DNA of 36,929 nt from Octopus bimaculoides. Lineage: Eukaryota. Each line of letters begins with the position of its first letter. The stretch's first letter is position 1. Both the position numbers and the translations under genes were made by a program. The notes below the pieces were generated by a model. It ran no database searches. It was not told the DNA's origin and saw only the letters and a list, made by a program, of their open reading frames with translations. Location of the stretch: contig NC_068981.1 in NCBI RefSeq assembly GCF_001194135.2, forward strand, positions 46,918,246 through 46,955,174, given 5' to 3'. Shown piece after piece: positions 35,001 to 36,929 of the stretch.

Positions 35001-36104
35001 ATATGTATACACGCCTATACAAGTATGTATATACAATGAGTCGAAACATATTCTATTATCTGTTGTGTTTCAACGTCAGGCGTGTTATATTTCGTGATTC
35101 TGCCGGGATGTATCTAGGTATACATGTATTTCTGTACGTATTATTGCGTATTTGGGAGTTGGTTCGAAATTTGTTTAATCAATTCCCCATGTCCGTATTC
35201 CTTAAGTATCCCACTAAATTATTTTCACATTTTCCTCCCTTTTACGGTTCGCTACGCATATTAATTATATAAACACTTATGAAAAGAGGACGTGTGAAAC
35301 ATGAAGAAAGCAGAAGCACAAAGGAAGAAAAGGAAAAGAATAAGTCCCACATAACCATTATATAATATAGAGAAAAACCGTAGTACAGGTATGGATGAAT
35401 CTATGCAAATATTCCTGTATATATGTTTCTGGCTGTAATTATGTATAATTGTATACAGATGAAGTTAAAACTCCTAAGAGATTGAAAAAAAGCGAGTATA
35501 GTCTATGAAAAATTAGAATAGACAAAATAATAAAAAAAAAAAAAAGAAAAGAGAGAAAATAAATACCAAACTTGATTCTATGACTCTTTCCTTCTGCGCT
35601 GTCTACCCTCATGATGAATGGATCTAACAAATTTGTAATATTTTTTGAAAGAGAAAATGAGATGGTTAGAATATTGATAAGCATTGGTTCCCTAATGTGC
35701 AATTTGAGATACAGAATACGTATTGTGCTATTACTTGCTTCCGATATATATATGACGCTAGAAGTTGCACAGTTGAATTCCCATGAGACCACATATATCT
35801 CTAAGCGAATACATATTCAAATGCTAGAATATAGAAGATAATCTGTGTGCATGGCTGAATATCGTTATATATATATNNNNNNNNNNNNNNNNNNNNNNNN
35901 NNNNNNNNNNNNNNNNNNNNNNNNNNNNNNNNNNNNNNNNNNNNNNNNNNNNNNNNNNNNNNNNNNNNNNNNNNNNNNNNNNNNNNNNNNATATATATAA
36001 TTAAGATTTAAATAGTAAGGGTGATAAATTGGATACTAATTTAATTAAAACCAATTTAAAACCAGTGGCCTAGCATAAAGAAAATTCTGAAAATTCAGAA
36101 AAAT

Positions 36105-36756
36105 TATATAACATACATATGAGAAGGGATGACCACTAAGTGGATATCCATTATGCTAGACATAAACCATCTACGGTCAAACCACAAAAAAAAAAGAATG
36201 TTCTCTAGGTAAATTCACACACACCAGAAAATGAACGGGCAAGACAAATGAAAATATACAAAATAAAATATTAATCGTAGACCAGGCTTCGCACATTATT
36301 GGATTAATGTAATGTTTACTTACATAACCCATCAGTTGCTCATCAGTACGACCGTTCAATTCAATATAATTTGCAGAATTCAGTATAACTTGCAGTCCAG
36401 CTCTGGGACTTTTGAAAATAATTCCGATGTAATCGGTAGAACTGTACGCATGTCTAATCTTATGTGGACAACTCGTGAAATGTTCTGCAAATTATATTGA
36501 ATTGAACGGTCGTACTCTTAAGTCACGGATAGGTTATGTGAGTAAAAATTACATTAATCCAATAATGTGTGAAACCTGGTGTATGATAAATTATTTATTT
36601 TGTATATTTTCATTTGTCTTGCCCGTTCATTTTCTGGTGTGCGCTGAATTTCCCTAGAGAACATTCTCTTCTCTTGTGGTTTGACCGTAGATGGTCTGTC
36701 ACTAGCATAATGGATGTCCACTTAGTGGGCATCTCCTCCCATATGAATGTTATATA
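36105..36756. mobile_element. Fold-back / MITE-like element: ~274-bp inverted arms (36105-36378, 36483-36756) and 104-bp spacer
   Basis: The left arm aligns along its length to the reverse complement of the right arm, with long exact blocks such as CACACCAGAAAATGAACGGGCAAGACAAATGAAAATATACAAAATAAA and AGTACGACCGTTCAATTCAATATAATTTGCAGAA. TA-rich flanks; no ORF. Confidence 0.85.
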
Positions 36757-36896
36757 TGTGTGTGTAAAATCTATCATACGTTGATATATGCATGTATATT
36801 CAAATATAAGGGTGTATAAATATGTGTACATATGTGTTCACAATATAAAACATATATTCGTATACACACACACGCACACATATATGTATGTTTTCA

Positions 36897-36929
<33 letters not shown>

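Noticed and set aside
35439-35841. Overlapping 117-aa and 76-aa ORFs
   Set aside because: Low-complexity, I/L/F-biased translations typical of AT-rich non-coding DNA; no motif.

Overview
Eukaryotic, AT-rich, microsatellite-dense animal genomic DNA with many N gaps. The SINE/LINE content resembles coleoid cephalopod (Octopus-like) DNA; this is an inference from recalled repeat families. One protein-coding gene is well supported, on the + strand. It is most likely two coding exons, 24184-24477 and 32089-33720, joined in phase 0 across a 7.6-kb intron. The product is a ~641-aa uncharacterised Cys-rich protein: signal peptide, an internally duplicated two-domain (A-B) module on each side of a compact ShKT-like six-cysteine motif, and a GPI-anchor-like tail. 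The rest is decayed mobile DNA: three R4/Dong-type (RLE) non-LTR fragments, one RTE LINE, a full-length decayed DD37D (maT) transposon, an internally deleted mariner, four SINE copies, a 46-bp minisatellite and two long fold-back elements. A Penelope-type minimal hammerhead-ribozyme motif sits at 15195-15229. No CRISPR array, rRNA or intact tRNA was found, and most ORFs in the track are microsatellite, gap or antisense artefacts.
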